Source: Balanoglossus misakiensis
Taxonomy: Eukaryota > Animalia > Hemichordata
Length of the DNA: 64,000 nt
Direction: 5' to 3'
Assembly: GCA_040954595.2 (NCBI GenBank)
Contig: CM082578.2
Span: 17,812,728 to 17,876,727, forward strand
Positions 12,401-26,439 of this stretch are shown here, one piece after another. A program made the translations under genes and the position numbers. The notes under the pieces are model-generated. The model was not told where the DNA came from, did no database searches, and saw nothing but the letters and a program-made list of their open reading frames with translations. The stretch's first letter is position 1, and every line of letters starts with the position of its first letter.

Positions 12401-15400
12401 AACAACCAACATTATTAAGTAATCTATAACATAGAGCCTGGTTAAAGCTGACCAGCAGCCGATAAGAACAAAATTACGTCATCAGCTCAGTCGAAACTTT
12501 TTTTGTTCGTGACGTGCCGATGTCGTCGACGGCCACTTCAAGAAAAATTCAGTAGACTTTTGAATTCGTCGCGCCGACACGACGTTATACTCTGATCCAA
12601 AGTTCACGACACTACAGTCCCCCGTAAACTTAGCAATGTGACCGCAATCCATAAACCAATGAATGCGTTGGGAACTACGAGATGCCACGCCTACACAGTG
12701 ACGAACAAGCAAACCGTTAAACACAACTTTTTTGACAATATACTCTCTCGACCTCATGCTCAATGATCTCTGGTCTGTCTGTCGACAGGATAGTCCCACA
12801 TGCATATATACGTGCCCCCCCCCCCCCGTCCTATGGCGTACATGTAACCCATTTTCACAGCCTGTCTGCGATGGTATGTCGGGTTTTAGGACTTGCCATA
12901 CTTTCCGCAGATTACGGGATATGGTCGTTTGCTCCACAAAGGAAACTACAATCGTGCCGCAGAGTGCGACTTGCCTTCTTCTAATACCATATTCTTTCGA
13001 AACAGGGGCGCACTAATGTCATAGTGCTGATTTCAAGATATTTTCGAATTGGCTAAAGATGGAGGGCTTTGATTCAAAATGCCGTTGAAAGGACTGCTTC
13101 CACTTCAATGGGTGGAGGTCATATTAAAATAAGTACCTGGGGGTTAAAACTCGCCATTTACATGCACCAAACCAGTATTCAACCGAAAGGTGTGTCCGGA
13201 TGCAACTTTCAACTCTAGCTGTCCAAGTCAATCTAGGGCGGGCTAAATTGATTGATGTCACGTGGGCGTTTCTCTGGCTGCTATATCGTCATAGCAACCG
13301 CCCAGCCATCATCCTTTAATGTCAAGTTGTCCTGCTCCGGTTTAGTTTACGACTGTCAGAGACCTCGTATATCAAGGTTTTAAAGAGTTTGCGTGCCTCT
13401 CTCCGAGTTGGACAGGATGTAGTGCGATCGATACTCTCGTAAGAAGAGTTCTTCCGTTGACGGTTTTCATTGTGTCGCAGCGAATACTGGACGATTTTAT
13501 TTCTAGCCGTATGTATGCCGCGTACACACACCGTCCCTTGAGATATCGGAAATTTGCCCCGATGAACTTGGCATCGTTGCATACGGCAGAAGGACCGCTC
13601 AGAACCCCACCGCGTGACTTTGAAAACATTTCTTTGAAAAATAATGTGAACCGTTCCTCTATTAAAAACCAAACAACAAAACTTGTTTTCAATTAAACTC
13701 ATTTCCACAGATTCCAGATACGTGATTAACTTTGCGGAGTATGCAAGCCAGAAAACGTGACGGCATGTCGATTGTATTAACAAGTCAACTTTCAGCACTG
13801 GCGGGTGTCATAAAGGTTGGACGAGGTTGTGTCCCCATAGCAACAGCATCAGACTCAGATGTCGTGATTCGGGGGGGCTTTTCTCTGTTGGCACGGGCTC
13901 CGATGTTAATAGTTGTGTAACTCTGGCATCGCACATCAAAGATTAATAAACACTGGTTATGTGCTTGTTGCCAACCTTGCAATCGTGTTATAACAAGACT
14001 TGAGAAATACATTTAATGAAGTAAACGACTTTGCAAAACGACAGACTTCGGCATTCGCGCCAAATTCAAAGCCGACGTAGCAACGATGTTATGTGTACTA
14101 CCCGAGGTCCGACACCCAGTATGAACATAATCCAGAACCTCGTTCCATTTTTTTTCGAGTGGTTGTCGACTGGTTTGGTCATGTAACAGGAGAAAAGTGA
14201 GCGCAAGGCAGGGTTGTGTTTCCGTAGCAACAGACAGTTGCCTGGCTGTATATTTCAGGGTCATAGCCACGGGGAAATGTGTCCATTTAGATTTTCTCAG
14301 AGAAACTTCAGACTCGCATTAATTGAGAATTCGTCACTTACAAATTGCACAATCCTGGCAAGACAGGGAAACATATGAAGCAATCGGGAATGTGAAACAG
14401 AGGAACAACCTCGTGATCAATTCTGAAAAAAAAAGCTGGTGGCCTGGTTGCAACGCTGTCCCTTTTGCTTTTCACTGACAATACTTCACAGACCGGGTAT
14501 AGCCAATTTCCCTGACTTCACGTTGAAATAAAAGCCGTATGGCCCTAGGGCAACTCATATATTAACCAGACTGACTAGGCTAGGCCTACCCCCTGCTGTC
14601 ACAGTCCGCAAAATGCAATACATTATAGTCTGTACTTCAACACTCAAGCAGAAACAAAAAATGAAAGGAAAAACACTACTCAGAACTGTTAAAAACATTT
14701 CACTACAAGATTAATTATGATTGTTAAATCCTTGTCTGTAGATGTGCATGCATTTTAATTTTTTCTCCCGAAACGCATTCCTCTAGCGTAGCTGACATTG
14801 CTAAGATAAGACGCTATCGCCACGAGGAAAGATAACTGACTGACGAGGCCCGCCTTTGAAAACTCTGTCTGGTGTCGAGTGTGGCGTATATGCTGTTATT
14901 TATGTGACATTTTTATGGACAGTTTTGAAGGTACAAAAAATGCCACAAAGCTTTGGGTAAACTGATCTCTCCAACTTCAAGATGTGGGTCTTCATTCAAA
15001 ATGAAATATGTCGGCCTCATAATAAAAGGGACACACACACGCGCATCAGCAGCTGTGGGGTTCTGCTGGTCCCAATTCGGCAATGAGGTTTCTGTGGCGC
15101 AGAGTGGCAGACCGGATTTGGGGAGTGTTGTTGACAGACAGTCGCATCGTGTATGGGGAACATGCAAGGAAGGGGTCAGGCTTGGGTAGTCGATGAAAAC
15201 AAAACACAACCCCATCCATGTCAATAAGCAAGGCCATTGCAAAAATCAATAATTAAAATTAGGTTGACCTGGGAAAAGGAACTTGGCAGAGTTTCTCATG
15301 ATACAAATTGTGATAAAATTTAGTTTTTTTATGTTTTTTTTTTGGTAAAAAGCTCAATATACATCAAATCTGGTTTGGCTTGTTGCTACAATTTGAACTG

Positions 15401-17381
15401 AGAAGCAAAACAGCACAATTTCAGTGATTTTAACATGCTTCCTCTGAATAAGTTGATGGTTTGGAATTTTGGGTTAAAATCACACAGCAGTTTTTACCAT
15501 ACACGAAATACAAGATAGTTTCTCTATACCCAGAAAAATGTTTCGTTTTGCGAGGAAATCAAAATTTTGATTTGGAATCAATATAACACAGACTGTGAAC
15601 AAACAGAACATTGGAGGCATGCCATTATAAATATCAGCAATTAATATCAGAGCATGAAATTTTCTTCATTTCACATTTTCTCGAAGGCCAGCCACTGGAG
15701 AAGGGAAGTGTCATGTTTTTTCTCCACTGAATGAGAAAACTCACAGCAAGGCAAGATCTCAGAGATGTAACATGAGCCATGTTGATTGAAATAGAGTGGT
15801 GAAACTCAAGCTGAGTAGAGAACAACAGTTCAGCAACACAGAAATCATGAGAAATGACACACAATGAACAACAATCTCCTTTCAATTGTATAACACAACT
15901 TTCTTTTTTCCCAAATTTGAAATCACTATATCATCCCCAATGGAAAAAAATGTGTTAAAAATTACAAAAATTTGTATACATGATTTTTTGTGAAATTCAC
16001 AGAAAACTGGAAAAGCTATCTTTACAAATTTCCAGAGGTAGCTTTGAATAAAAAATTCTATACATCATTCTCTCTTTAAAGCCTTTTTTTACTAGTTTGG
16101 TGAAAATTTTCTGTAAAAGCTACAGTTTTATAGTTAAAAAATTAAAATAAATGTGTACTGACAAAGTACCTTTCAGTTTAGGCTTACAGTATTAAAATTT
16201 CAAATATTTTGGCTTCAATTTGGCAATTGTTTTATAAAGACACTAGAATTCATGCCTGAACAGTAAACAGAACAAAAATTTGCTGAATAAAAATTTGGCT
16301 GTGTGGGAGGGCATACATTTTAGAGCTTCAGAAAAAAAACACCTTTTAGGTGCGTGTCTAAAATCCAGCAATGCATTTGTACAAAGTATAATTTGTCAGT
16401 TGGTGTTCCCACCATTTCTGCTGGGTGGTGAGTTGTGGTACTGTGCCTGCAACAGTGCGGCCCTACACATAACAAGCCCGGCCATATTGTATGCAATCTC
16501 TCACTCGACATACCACAATTCACAGCGCTAGGATATTAGCCGTGTGTTCAGTGAAGCGATGAAACCACGCCAAATGCAGTGGCGTCTGATGCGGCTATGG
16601 GGGCACCAGCATTGTACAACAACCGGCGTTCAGTGACCACATGCATGAAAATCCCTAATTTCAAACATCCTGCGTGTTCGACAGTACTACAACGAAAAAA
16701 CATGCCACTGTTCCAGTTTCAGTTCACCATTTGCAAATTGTTTGCCCATACACCCCTAATATACAATTGTATACACGCCTTGAATGAGTGGCCAGCGAGT
16801 CCAAGGCCTTACATTTGCATACATTGTGTCAGATGTTCCCAAATTCTTTCTGCCGCGGGCATGCTGCATGCTGTACCTCCCCCACCCACCAAAAAACCCC
16901 AGCACTGCCTTTACGTTTTAATACACGACTCCGTGTAAATAGTCATTTCCATTTTCCTATTAATAGTATGTATACGCTGGATGACAAAACATGAAAGAGT
17001 TTGAAATCCCAGCCATAGAGGAAGGAAAGCCTGTCAGTCATTAGTTCTTTTCAACCGACGTGGTCTTTTCAAATTCTAACAGTGTCCCAGCTTTACTTAG
17101 CATTTGCCTGCACTGCACGCATTACAATGATCTTGTCATCCAAATCACACACGTGGGGCAAGTCTGCATCACTTTCGTTCGCATTTCTTATCCCCTCCGG
17201 ATTTCCACCCGTTGTCTGTAAAAAAAAAACATTCTGTTGACAGTGTTGTGGCGAGTGTACCGGTCCCGGTCGATCGCGGCCGACCGAGGTTTATTCCATG
17301 GCCTCCAAACCGCACACGCTGTCCTATTTTGAATGGGCACCAGTTTGTTTAGGTCCAGCTCTCAGTTGACTGTCTGAGTTT

Positions 17382-18572
17382 TCACCTTTTGTGCCACAGA
17401 CCAAGATTAAGTACGGTCAGGCATGGAAGTTGCATTATCTTCTCCAGTCCGACTGTGGTGATTTTGGTGCAGCCGTACAAGTCGATGCAAGTGAGCTTTC
17501 TCAGATACGTCGCTATCAGGCCCAGACCTTCGTCGGTGATACGACTGCACTGGCCGATATTTAGTGTTTTCATATCACGTAGCGTTGACACTAATCTGGC
17601 GATGCCATCATCAGTGATCGAGCACGAACTCAGACTTAAACTGGTTAAACTATGCATTCCCTGTGCGATATGATTTAGCGATGCATCACCGACTTTATCG
17701 CAGAAACTGACATCTAGCGTCCGTAAATATGCGCCCCCCTCTGCCAAATGGGCGATGCCAATGTCGCTGATGTTGTCGCAGCTTCGGAGATTCAGCTCTT
17801 TCAGACTGGCCATTTTTGACAAGTGTACCATCCCAGAGTCGGTGATCCCACCACAAAAACTCAAATTCAGACTCTGCAGTTTAACTAGTCCCCTCGCAAC
17901 GTTCAGCAAGGCAGCGTCGGTGAGTTTCTGGCAATCCTGTAGCACCAAGTGTTGAAGGAGTAGAGTTCCCGCGCCATCACTTTTCGTCAAACCGGCAAGA
18001 TGCCCAATGCCTGAATCCAGTATGTGGCGACAACTTCTCAGGTTTAGGTAGTTGAGTTTGGTGAGCCCCCATGCGATGAGCAGTAGCCCAGTGTTCGTTA
18101 TGTTACAACAACCGCCTAGATCCAAATGTTGTAAGTTCCGTAGGTACTGGGCGATTCGTCCTAGGCTGCTGTCGGTGATCTGTTTACACAGACTCAAGTT
18201 CAACACCGTCAGACTAGGCATTTCTTTTACAAAGGCGTGCGCCAAGCCAACGTCAGTCAAATTGTAACAGCCGCTCAAATTCAGACTTTGTAAGTTATGC
18301 ATACCTTGTACAACTGAACTCAAACTTCGACGTAAACTTAGAATCTGCACACGCCTTATTCCGCGATTCACTAAACTGGGAAACAAAGACGGGTTGGCTC
18401 GCCGCAAATGCAGCTTGGCTTCGACTCCTTTCCACACAGACCGATGGTACGCGGCATCTTTCCACTTCCGGCACACTTGAGCGGCTCGGCCTTTATCCTG
18501 AACGTCCAGATAACTGAATATCATGGCCAATATTTCGGGGAAGAGGCACGAAATGTCCAGTTCACCCGGCAT
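17382..18572 (-). CDS. FBXL14: F-box/LRR-repeat protein 14 (Partner of paired orthologue), intronless, 396 aa
   Basis: F-box (ISCLFPEILAMIFSYLDVQDKGRAAQVCRKW), VEAKLHLRRANPSLFPSL, cysteine-containing LRRs (LNLSGCYNLTD, LDLGGCCNITN), C-terminal LNLGLW. ATG at 18572 in gccaacATG context; the ORF track start at 18596 is a GTG. Confidence 0.97.
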   Translation of the reverse strand: MPGELDISCLFPEILAMIFSYLDVQDKGRAAQVCRKWKDAAYHRSVWKGVEAKLHLRRANPSLFPSLVNRGIRRVQILSLRRSLSSVVQGMHNLQSLNLSGCYNLTDVGLAHAFVKEMPSLTVLNLSLCKQITDSSLGRIAQYLRNLQHLDLGGCCNITNTGLLLIAWGLTKLNYLNLRSCRHILDSGIGHLAGLTKSDGAGTLLLQHLVLQDCQKLTDAALLNVARGLVKLQSLNLSFCGGITDSGMVHLSKMASLKELNLRSCDNISDIGIAHLAEGGAYLRTLDVSFCDKVGDASLNHIAQGMHSLTSLSLSSCSITDDGIARLVSTLRDMKTLNIGQCSRITDEGLGLIATYLRKLTCIDLYGCTKITTVGLEKIMQLPCLTVLNLGLWHKR

Positions 18573-18670
18573 GTTGGCCAAGTCCGTCGTTGACACGGTT
18601 AAATGATTACTACACTGTATGCTTCACGTCGAACTGGCGGCTAGCGGCTGAATGCGTGTATGGTTTCCTA

Positions 18671-18727
18671 GTCACGTGACATGTTTCCAGTGTTTGACCA
18701 CGTGACGGCATGCGCATATTTGATTGG
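18671..18727 (-). promoter_or_regulatory. Fbxl14 proximal promoter motifs
   Basis: GTCACGTGAC (18671-18680), CCACGTGAC (18698-18706), NRF1-like GCATGCGCAT (18708-18717) and a minus-strand CCAAT (18723-18727), 100-155 bp upstream of the ATG. Confidence 0.6.
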
Positions 18728-19576
18728 ATCGCTTGTCAATCAATTTCATTAGGTACGGTCAGAATGGCTTTATTCTGCCTCCCTGCAGTTTTTAACTCGA
18801 TTGCTATTCACACGACTCTGCTATCCTTAGCGTATCGCACAGCACTTTCCCTTGGCCATTATAAAAGGAGGCAACATCCTCAAATGATAATATGCATAGG
18901 GTGACGGGTAGACAAAAAGTAAATCACATCGTAGATGGATTCACCGAGGCTAAGCCATCGTTTTCATCGCTCGAACGCGAGCCAATCTACCGATCCACGC
19001 ATGCAGGAACACACCGTGTTTTTCCGTGATGGCTTTATGAATGGTATTTTTTATCGGTCGCCTATGGATATTGTATCCTGTGTATTTAGAAAGAACCATA
19101 TACTGTATATAGGCTTACGTAGAAAGAGAGACAGAGACAGAGAAAGAAAGAACGGCAGAGAGAGAGAGCTTGACCTTGAATCATAGTCATTTTGAAACTA
19201 CAAATAGTCGCCCTGGTACTCGCAACTACAAGTTGCATCGGAGTTTAATCCGTACGTGATTTTTGGGTTCAAAATTAGTGAGCGAGAAATGTTGTCACGG
19301 GTCGAGATTCAAGTGACATTGTAATCGAAATAAAGCGATGTGGCATTGGTGTCAGATGAAGGTCAGTTACCATATTTCTGGGCCAAGTGCATAATAGCCC
19401 GAGCAACACATTCGAGCAAAGTTGCTTTGTTTGTTAAATGCGTTCACAGCAGGGATTTATCGTATCTGGTTTCCGACCCAATTGCTTATCACACATGAAT
19501 CTGACAATAATGATAACACGTTTCGATTCTAGGAATTTCAATTACATGCTTACAAGAAAAGTCATACATACATTCT

Positions 19577-19685
19577 TACGTACGTACGTACGTACATACA
19601 TACATACATACATACATACATACATACATACATACATACATACATACATACATACATACATACATACATACATACATACACACAC
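19577..19685. repeat. Compound microsatellite (TACG)4(TACA)~22(CA)n
   Basis: Directly visible. Confidence 0.98.
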
Positions 19686-22123
19686 GCAGTCCATGATTTT
19701 TTGTTTGTTTGATGGGGCATTGCGTAAACTGGCTAGGAGAATATCGAATCCTAGTGGACGGAGATGAAGCACTATACATGTAGATGGAACAGACATCGTC
19801 GATAGGATTCGAAGTTGCCGGGGGCGATAGGGAGATGATGGATTCCGACTTTGCCCGGGGGCGGAAAGGTCTCAAAAGTTGTTTGCAACGTGCTTGTTTC
19901 ACATCATGGTGAAATTTTGGAAGACAACTCTATCTGCTCACAGGTTTTTGTTTCGCTCCTAAATTGATTTCATACATCTTCGATTAATCTGAATTTTATT
20001 GATCAGTCAAGACATTTATTGAACAGTTGTACACGTTCGTCCTTGAAACAGTGGGAGACTAAAAAGAATTGTAACTCAAAATATGAATACCGGGATGCTT
20101 AAAAGTAGAGCAGGTGTCGAGATACTTTTTGGAACATCAGAACAGAAATTATATAAGAATGTCGGTTGCGAATGAAATTGAAACTCATCCAAGCGTAACG
20201 ATTAGAAGTCACAATGTGAATATGTGTGTCCCGCGTTACCAGGTATGACGCCTGTTTTTTAATTTTGTTCGACAGCAAGCCGTCGGAGCAAAAGTTGGAT
20301 TGTAAATTCTCTCTATTTGCTGTTGCTTGGTGCAGCCAGGGAAAACTAGGTGACCCAAGTGCGAAAACCGAGACGCGCGATGTGAACGCATGATGTTATA
20401 GCGGTAAACTGCATTAATAACCAGATGTCTATTTCATGCAGATTTTACCGCGATCAAATATGGAAACAATACTGCGCCGTCGCTATTAACATGTGCCCTT
20501 GTTGCCCCGGCAACGGTGCAATCAGTTTACAACCTCTCCTCGCTCGCCAGCGCTGTGCGCTCTTGTAATGAGACCGACTAATCTAATTTCGAAAAGCACC
20601 GGCGGAAAGTTCTTGTGTTCGTTATCGAGGAGCGCTCTGCAAAATGTACAAGCGTGTTGTCAGGTGCCACGAGAAACGGGGGCCGTCGAAATGTGGTAAT
20701 TATCGCCTGTTTAGCTGCCAATTAACTGTAATGTATTCAAATCTAATATGTGCGAACATCGTTCACCAATAATTACGACCAGTATTGAATTGGTTGATTG
20801 CACAGCACCGTAATTCCATCTTCATATTTCCTTGTTTTAATTGCCACTCCCATTGTTCTTCCATTGAATTGTACGACCGAATTGTCCTTTACACACGGGA
20901 CCGGGTCAGCGCACAAGAACAACTTGAACACGCCCTTCTCTGAACGAGCCAAAAACATAAATATAAACTCAGTCTAAATTACTTAAAGAAACAACTACAG
21001 TTCCTCGGTCTGGTCCCTAAAACATGTCTTCATGCCCCAGTTTGACATGCGCATACCAGTATTTAGCCTGTCATCGCAGCTTATACTGAAAACCAGAAAT
21101 ATTATGTTGAGAATTGAATGTTAACCAGGACTAAAATCCAGATGGCAACATAAACTTTGCACTATAGGCCTACACATATACATGTACACAGTTTGTTGAC
21201 AAGCTGAATTTTACTTGGCTTTTAAACATGCTGTAGGGAGTGGAACAAGAAACTTGTTATTGCTCGGTGACAAAATCCGCAGACTCGTGGTTCTGCGTGC
21301 TTTTCTTGTGACATTGGTCGCAAGAGGGCGTTTTACAGATACTAGTTTTTCTGTCTTTCTTGTTAATTTCTATGCATCGTATGTTGAAATTTTAAGACTT
21401 CCTTGGGATTTCTAATTTTGTATGCACAAATCCCATTTGATCACGATGCGAATTCTCCGAAAGACACATGCAGAATCGCTTCCCACGTCATTGATGGCGT
21501 AATTGCACCATTAGCATATTTTTGTAAAACGCTTGTCACCGTCTTAGCACTTGTTTTGCTGGGACAGCGTTTATCTGGACAGGACTGAAATTGGCGGGAG
21601 CAGTATCAATGATACCCAGTCAAAACAAAGCTGGATGTCAAGATTCATGAACGTTGGTCACAACCCCGGGACGCAATGACGGAGACTCTTAGTAAATTTG
21701 AAAACACGAAACTTTATAAATCGCGATCAAAAGGAATGAAAATATTTGCATGGAAACAGTTTTGAATTTAAGTTTATAGACAGCTATCGTTTTCAAGTAC
21801 GGTTATAGACTTTCACTTGGGTATCGTAAAAGCGAGACTGGGTAAATGCGCATTTTGAAAATGCCAAAGTGCATTTCCATTTTCTGTCGGCAATGGCGCT
21901 CTTTAGATTGACATTGGTGTTCCCCTCCGATGGGCCACAGTTACTGCGTGGAGTTTGTTGTACATGTGTTTTTCCCATGGCTGTGATTTATTTTTAGGTG
22001 ACAGTATTAATGTCATTGCTATTGTATATGTACGTAATTTGTGTGAATGGGGGGGGGGGGAGGTAGGAATACAAAATGTCACCAAGTACAGGAAATCTTT
22101 GGACATAGACAGTAGAGGTTTTG

Positions 22124-22157
22124 GAGTAACCATACACAGTACTGTCTATGGAGTAAC
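22124..22157. mobile_element. 20-bp palindromic mini-element or transposon footprint with 7-bp TSD
   Basis: gagtaac|catacacagtactgtctatg|gagtaac. Confidence 0.7.
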
Positions 22158-25100
22158 AGAGCAATTGTTTCGCTGATAACTCATGCAGTTTTGATTGCGC
22201 CCTCTGCCGATCAAATCGAAAACAAGGTCGTAGGTTCGGATCCTTGTTGACACCATCTCGAATGGGTCAAGCGGGAGAAATGTCATTGACTTTTCAAGTT
22301 ATTTGTTTTTCTTTTCGGATGGTTTTGAACTTGACAGTGTACCACCCACGACAGTTATGATGCTGTTCGTCGTCATGCACCATTATGATCGCGGCTGTTT
22401 GCCAATATCATTCTTGAGATTCCACGTCAAAGACAAGGTCCCGTCGACTCAATCGTCCAGCCTTCAAAAACTTCGTTGTTTTGAATACTATCCCCAGAAC
22501 AACAACACCTCGCGGCTTTGCACCAGGAAAAGACACTTTTGTTTTTACTCTGGGATGCCCGAAATTCCCACCAAAACAATATCATGTCGGATATATTTCT
22601 GCATGATGCTGTACTAGTAAAATTCAGCAGAGATTGTGAATTCCTGCCCCCCCCCACGCACCCAGAGTAATTCTACAAATAATAAAACTAAGTCTTCAAA
22701 AGTGTAAATGAAGTGGCAGTGTTTGTAAATCTTCCCATGAATAACAATTGACTGCAAAATCCGAACCTAGAATTGGCTTAGGGTAGCGTCCATGTGTAAA
22801 TAGTTGTATTTCGCAAGAATAAAAAAAACTTGAGAAAGCCTACAATCACAGCATCCGTCTTATTCACTATTCATTGAGACTTCTTTTCAGGCTAGGGAAA
22901 ACAAAGGCGGTGTCGACTTATTCTTTCTTGAAATAGCCGCCCTCGGCATGTCACGGGATTCTTGTAGTCCGTACTTTATCTAAATCACTTAAAATCTTGA
23001 CTGTATAGGACAGGTTTTAAAAAATATTCACATGGACAAATTTGTTTCATTTCATGTAGTCCTTTAGGTTTACGCTGTGCGGTCATGCGGGTCATTATAT
23101 CTTACATACTTGGGTCCCACAGACAGCAATCGTCAATTCAGGGGAGATTACAGTTCATAATGTGAATGTGGGACTAGAAGACCTTTCGCCGGATGATTGA
23201 CGTGACGTAAGATAAGGGGCATCCTTGCTGGCGGCTAAGAGGGGGCCACCCACCGTACCCACCCGTCAACGTGATCAGAGGGATTGAGTAAATGCAAGGG
23301 GTACAACTGTCACGGTGACAAATGACGGAAAATGGATCTTCGAATGAACATATGCCCGGAAGAGTAAATGAACATAAAAAGGGCAGTCGGAGGATGCGGG
23401 GGACTGTGATGTTCCCATGACCTTGTACATGTACATGCCACAAAAACGAGCACACGTGCACACTCACTCACTCTCACACAGATACATACACACACACCGT
23501 GACGTGGCTTATGAGAGAGACGGGAATCATACTGACATTTTCTTGAGGCCCGGAATCCTTTTTTTCTGCATGTGACAGTCATAACCCATAAGACTGATGA
23601 TGTTGTGAAGTAGCGAACTCGTTAAACGTCCTGATCATCAATCAAAGAGAACAAGTTTACTCGCGTCGGTTTTTGGAGGTTGAAGAACGTTGAAGAATGC
23701 CCCGCTCACTGTAAAATCAAGTCACGAACAGTCAACCACTACACACGAATGGTAGCCTCGGCAATACCAAAATGCACATCGTCGCCAAGTTGAAGAGCAG
23801 TCGCGGTTTTCGCTAATTTGAGAGACACGGGATGGAACTAATTAGAGATGTCTCTTTCAGGTTGAGTTTACTTATCAACTGTCAATGAATACAAAGTAGG
23901 AAAGTTATGAAAACATCAAAGGTAATCTGTTACACCTGACTCAGCCGGATAAATCCGAAACAATGACCCCTCCCCAATTTGGAAAGTAATTAAAGGTGCG
24001 ATAGATGTTGTGCCAATAGATTCATCCAAGCAAACTGATATATAAGTAATTAAACCTTTACTTGACCAAAAAAAAGTTCATCGCCAACCAGATCGTATGA
24101 CGCATTATCACCACCTGGGTATTACGTCACTTCTTTCTGAACCGCTCCACTTTTCGCCGGTTAAAAACAACCGTGGCGACGATCCGACCCGGATGTTCAT
24201 TGAAATTGGCATGGGCAGCAAAGAAGTAATATTTTTTCTTTCAACTGAAGCCAACATTCTGTTTGACTATTAAACCTAAAAAATGGCGAAGTGATAACGT
24301 TATCAAAATGAGAATCGGAACAGATGACTACCAACCCAACCGAAAGTGTTAAAGACAACGATGGTGCTAATATATGTAGATTGGGTTCTTTATTATTCAA
24401 AGTACTTTTCGTCGCTCTGTTTGCTCAATAATATCCCAAGTGTCTTTGTTAACGACAACAAAGTAGTTGTCGACTCCATACAACCATGAAAGGAGTCGAT
24501 CAAGCCGAATAATTCCTTTATTTTCTCTCCCTATCAACTTAACTGGTGTGCGAAAATTCTCATGATCGTCTAGTCAGTACTCAGTGGTAGGGTAGAAGCA
24601 ACGAGGCTGCTCTTTCAACCAATCAATTCTTCTGTATTCACAAAGTTTTGAGAAACTGCGATTGGCCCAGGCCTTGTTTTATAATGTACGTGAGAAAGTC
24701 AGCCTGAAGTAGGTCGTTTAAGATCACTGTTGCAGGTGGTTAATTGACCTCAATCATGACATTGATATATTTACTGAGATAGAGTGCCAGAATCGTAAAA
24801 CTAACACATACAAACAAATTATGGAGGCGTTAGCCCGAAACACCACCCCCGTGCCAAAGTCCGCCCTTACACCCGTTGCCATGGAGACTAACGGTCTAGC
24901 CTTCAGCCCCAAGATAAGGTGGCCGTCTTTGCCCGCAACTCCGGAAACCGCTCTTCATCACATGCGGCAGCTGCCATGCAAAGTGACAGAGAGATTTGTT
25001 AGGGCATGTTGGCTCAATTATACCACAGTTGTCAGTTCGAAGCACCGGGTAAAAGACGTTTTCCAGCCCAGCGTTCAGAAGTGATCAGTAGCGGCGATTC

Positions 25101-26365
25101 GATGTTTATTTGATTGAAAATGCTCTTTTTTTTCGAATCCTCAAAAGATTGTTTATTCCACTGCCGTTTCCACTACTGATTCTGCTCGCGTTGACCGTGT
25201 TCGCCAAAAGTTTGCGAATTTTCACCGAATTTGAAAGTTGGTCCTGGATAGGCCTATATAACTTTAGAAAGTTCTATTTGCATAGATGAACACGGGCGCG
25301 TTTCTCCTTCCTTCCGACCCCTTTTCTACCACTTTACTAGTAGTATAACATGCTTATTCAAAGAAGTAAGTTCCAGAATGGTCCAAATCCAGTCCAAAAC
25401 TAATTGCTTACTTTAGCAATGCCCCGGGCGAAGACACGAAATTCGCATGAAAGCACCACTTTTCTATGGCCGGGATTGAAAACAAAGATGTCTTTCATCA
25501 CTATGAAAGTGTATAGGACTTTGAGATGTTTACTGAAGTACAAGAGAATTGTATTGATACAGGCCTCCCGTGATAGATTCATTCTGTTACATTGAAATAC
25601 ACCGTTCTCGTTATTTTTATTTTCATAATGTCTTAATCAGAATTCGTTTTTTGTGGAAGAACTCACACGGGTTCACCGTTGGTCGCCGCGCCGAGAAAAG
25701 CCGTGTGTGCACTAGGTTTCCTCTCGTCACCTTTCTCTAAAGAGTCTACCCTTTTCACTCTCTCACTCTCTTTTCGTGTGCATTTGCTTGAAGGGTGTGT
25801 TGCAAAGGCAACTGTTACAGAGACAAAGAGTAGCTTGGAAGCCTTTAGCCGTGATTATAGGCGAACAATTGATTTCCACCAGTCAAGAAATTCCTACAGA
25901 ACAGCGCACCAAACTTTAATTATGTTTAATGGCTGGGCAAATTGACCAATCATAGAGCGTGTCTCAACTCTTCCCAAACACTCTTGACTCACAAAGAGAA
26001 GTGTTCGGCGGTGATCCATCAAAACTCCGGCGTATGTGTGCATGTTCACTGCAAGGTCCGCGTTTCAATTCCGACATAATTCCCGAATAATCGCCCCTTT
26101 GCGCTCATTTTTGGCAAGGGTTCCACAGTTCATCGTCCAGCCTGGTGACGTTCCCATGCGGTGACCCCGTACCACTTTTTTTTTGCTCCGATAAGTGTAT
26201 GTGTTCTATTGCTTCCAGATCTATGTCGCCCCGGAGTTTCTTAACAAGCTGTCGGTGAGAGAGAAGTGTGCGTGTTGAGTGTCGTCGGGCAGTGGAGGAA
26301 GCAACCGACCACTTTTACGCTTCAGCCCAGAACCGAGCGAGAGTAGCGGTGTCACACACAACGCA

Positions 26366-26439
26366 ATGGCCAGAAGCGTGGTTGTCATCGTGTTCATCCT
26401 GACGTCGTTGCAAAGTTTAAGTCACGGAGAGACCTGGTG
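26366..26439 (+). CDS. WNT5: Wnt5 coding exon 1 (signal peptide)
   Basis: MARSVVVIVFILTSLQSLSHGETW + TG|gtaagt; phase 2 inside the conserved WW motif. Not in the ORF track. Confidence 0.88.

Noticed and set aside
18573-18596. 8-aa N-terminal extension of Fbxl14
   Set aside because: Starts at GTG; the ATG at 18572 has a strong Kozak context and matches the usual position just before the F-box.
19438-19902. YIHT/MYVC repeat ORFs
   Set aside because: Translations of the TACA microsatellite.
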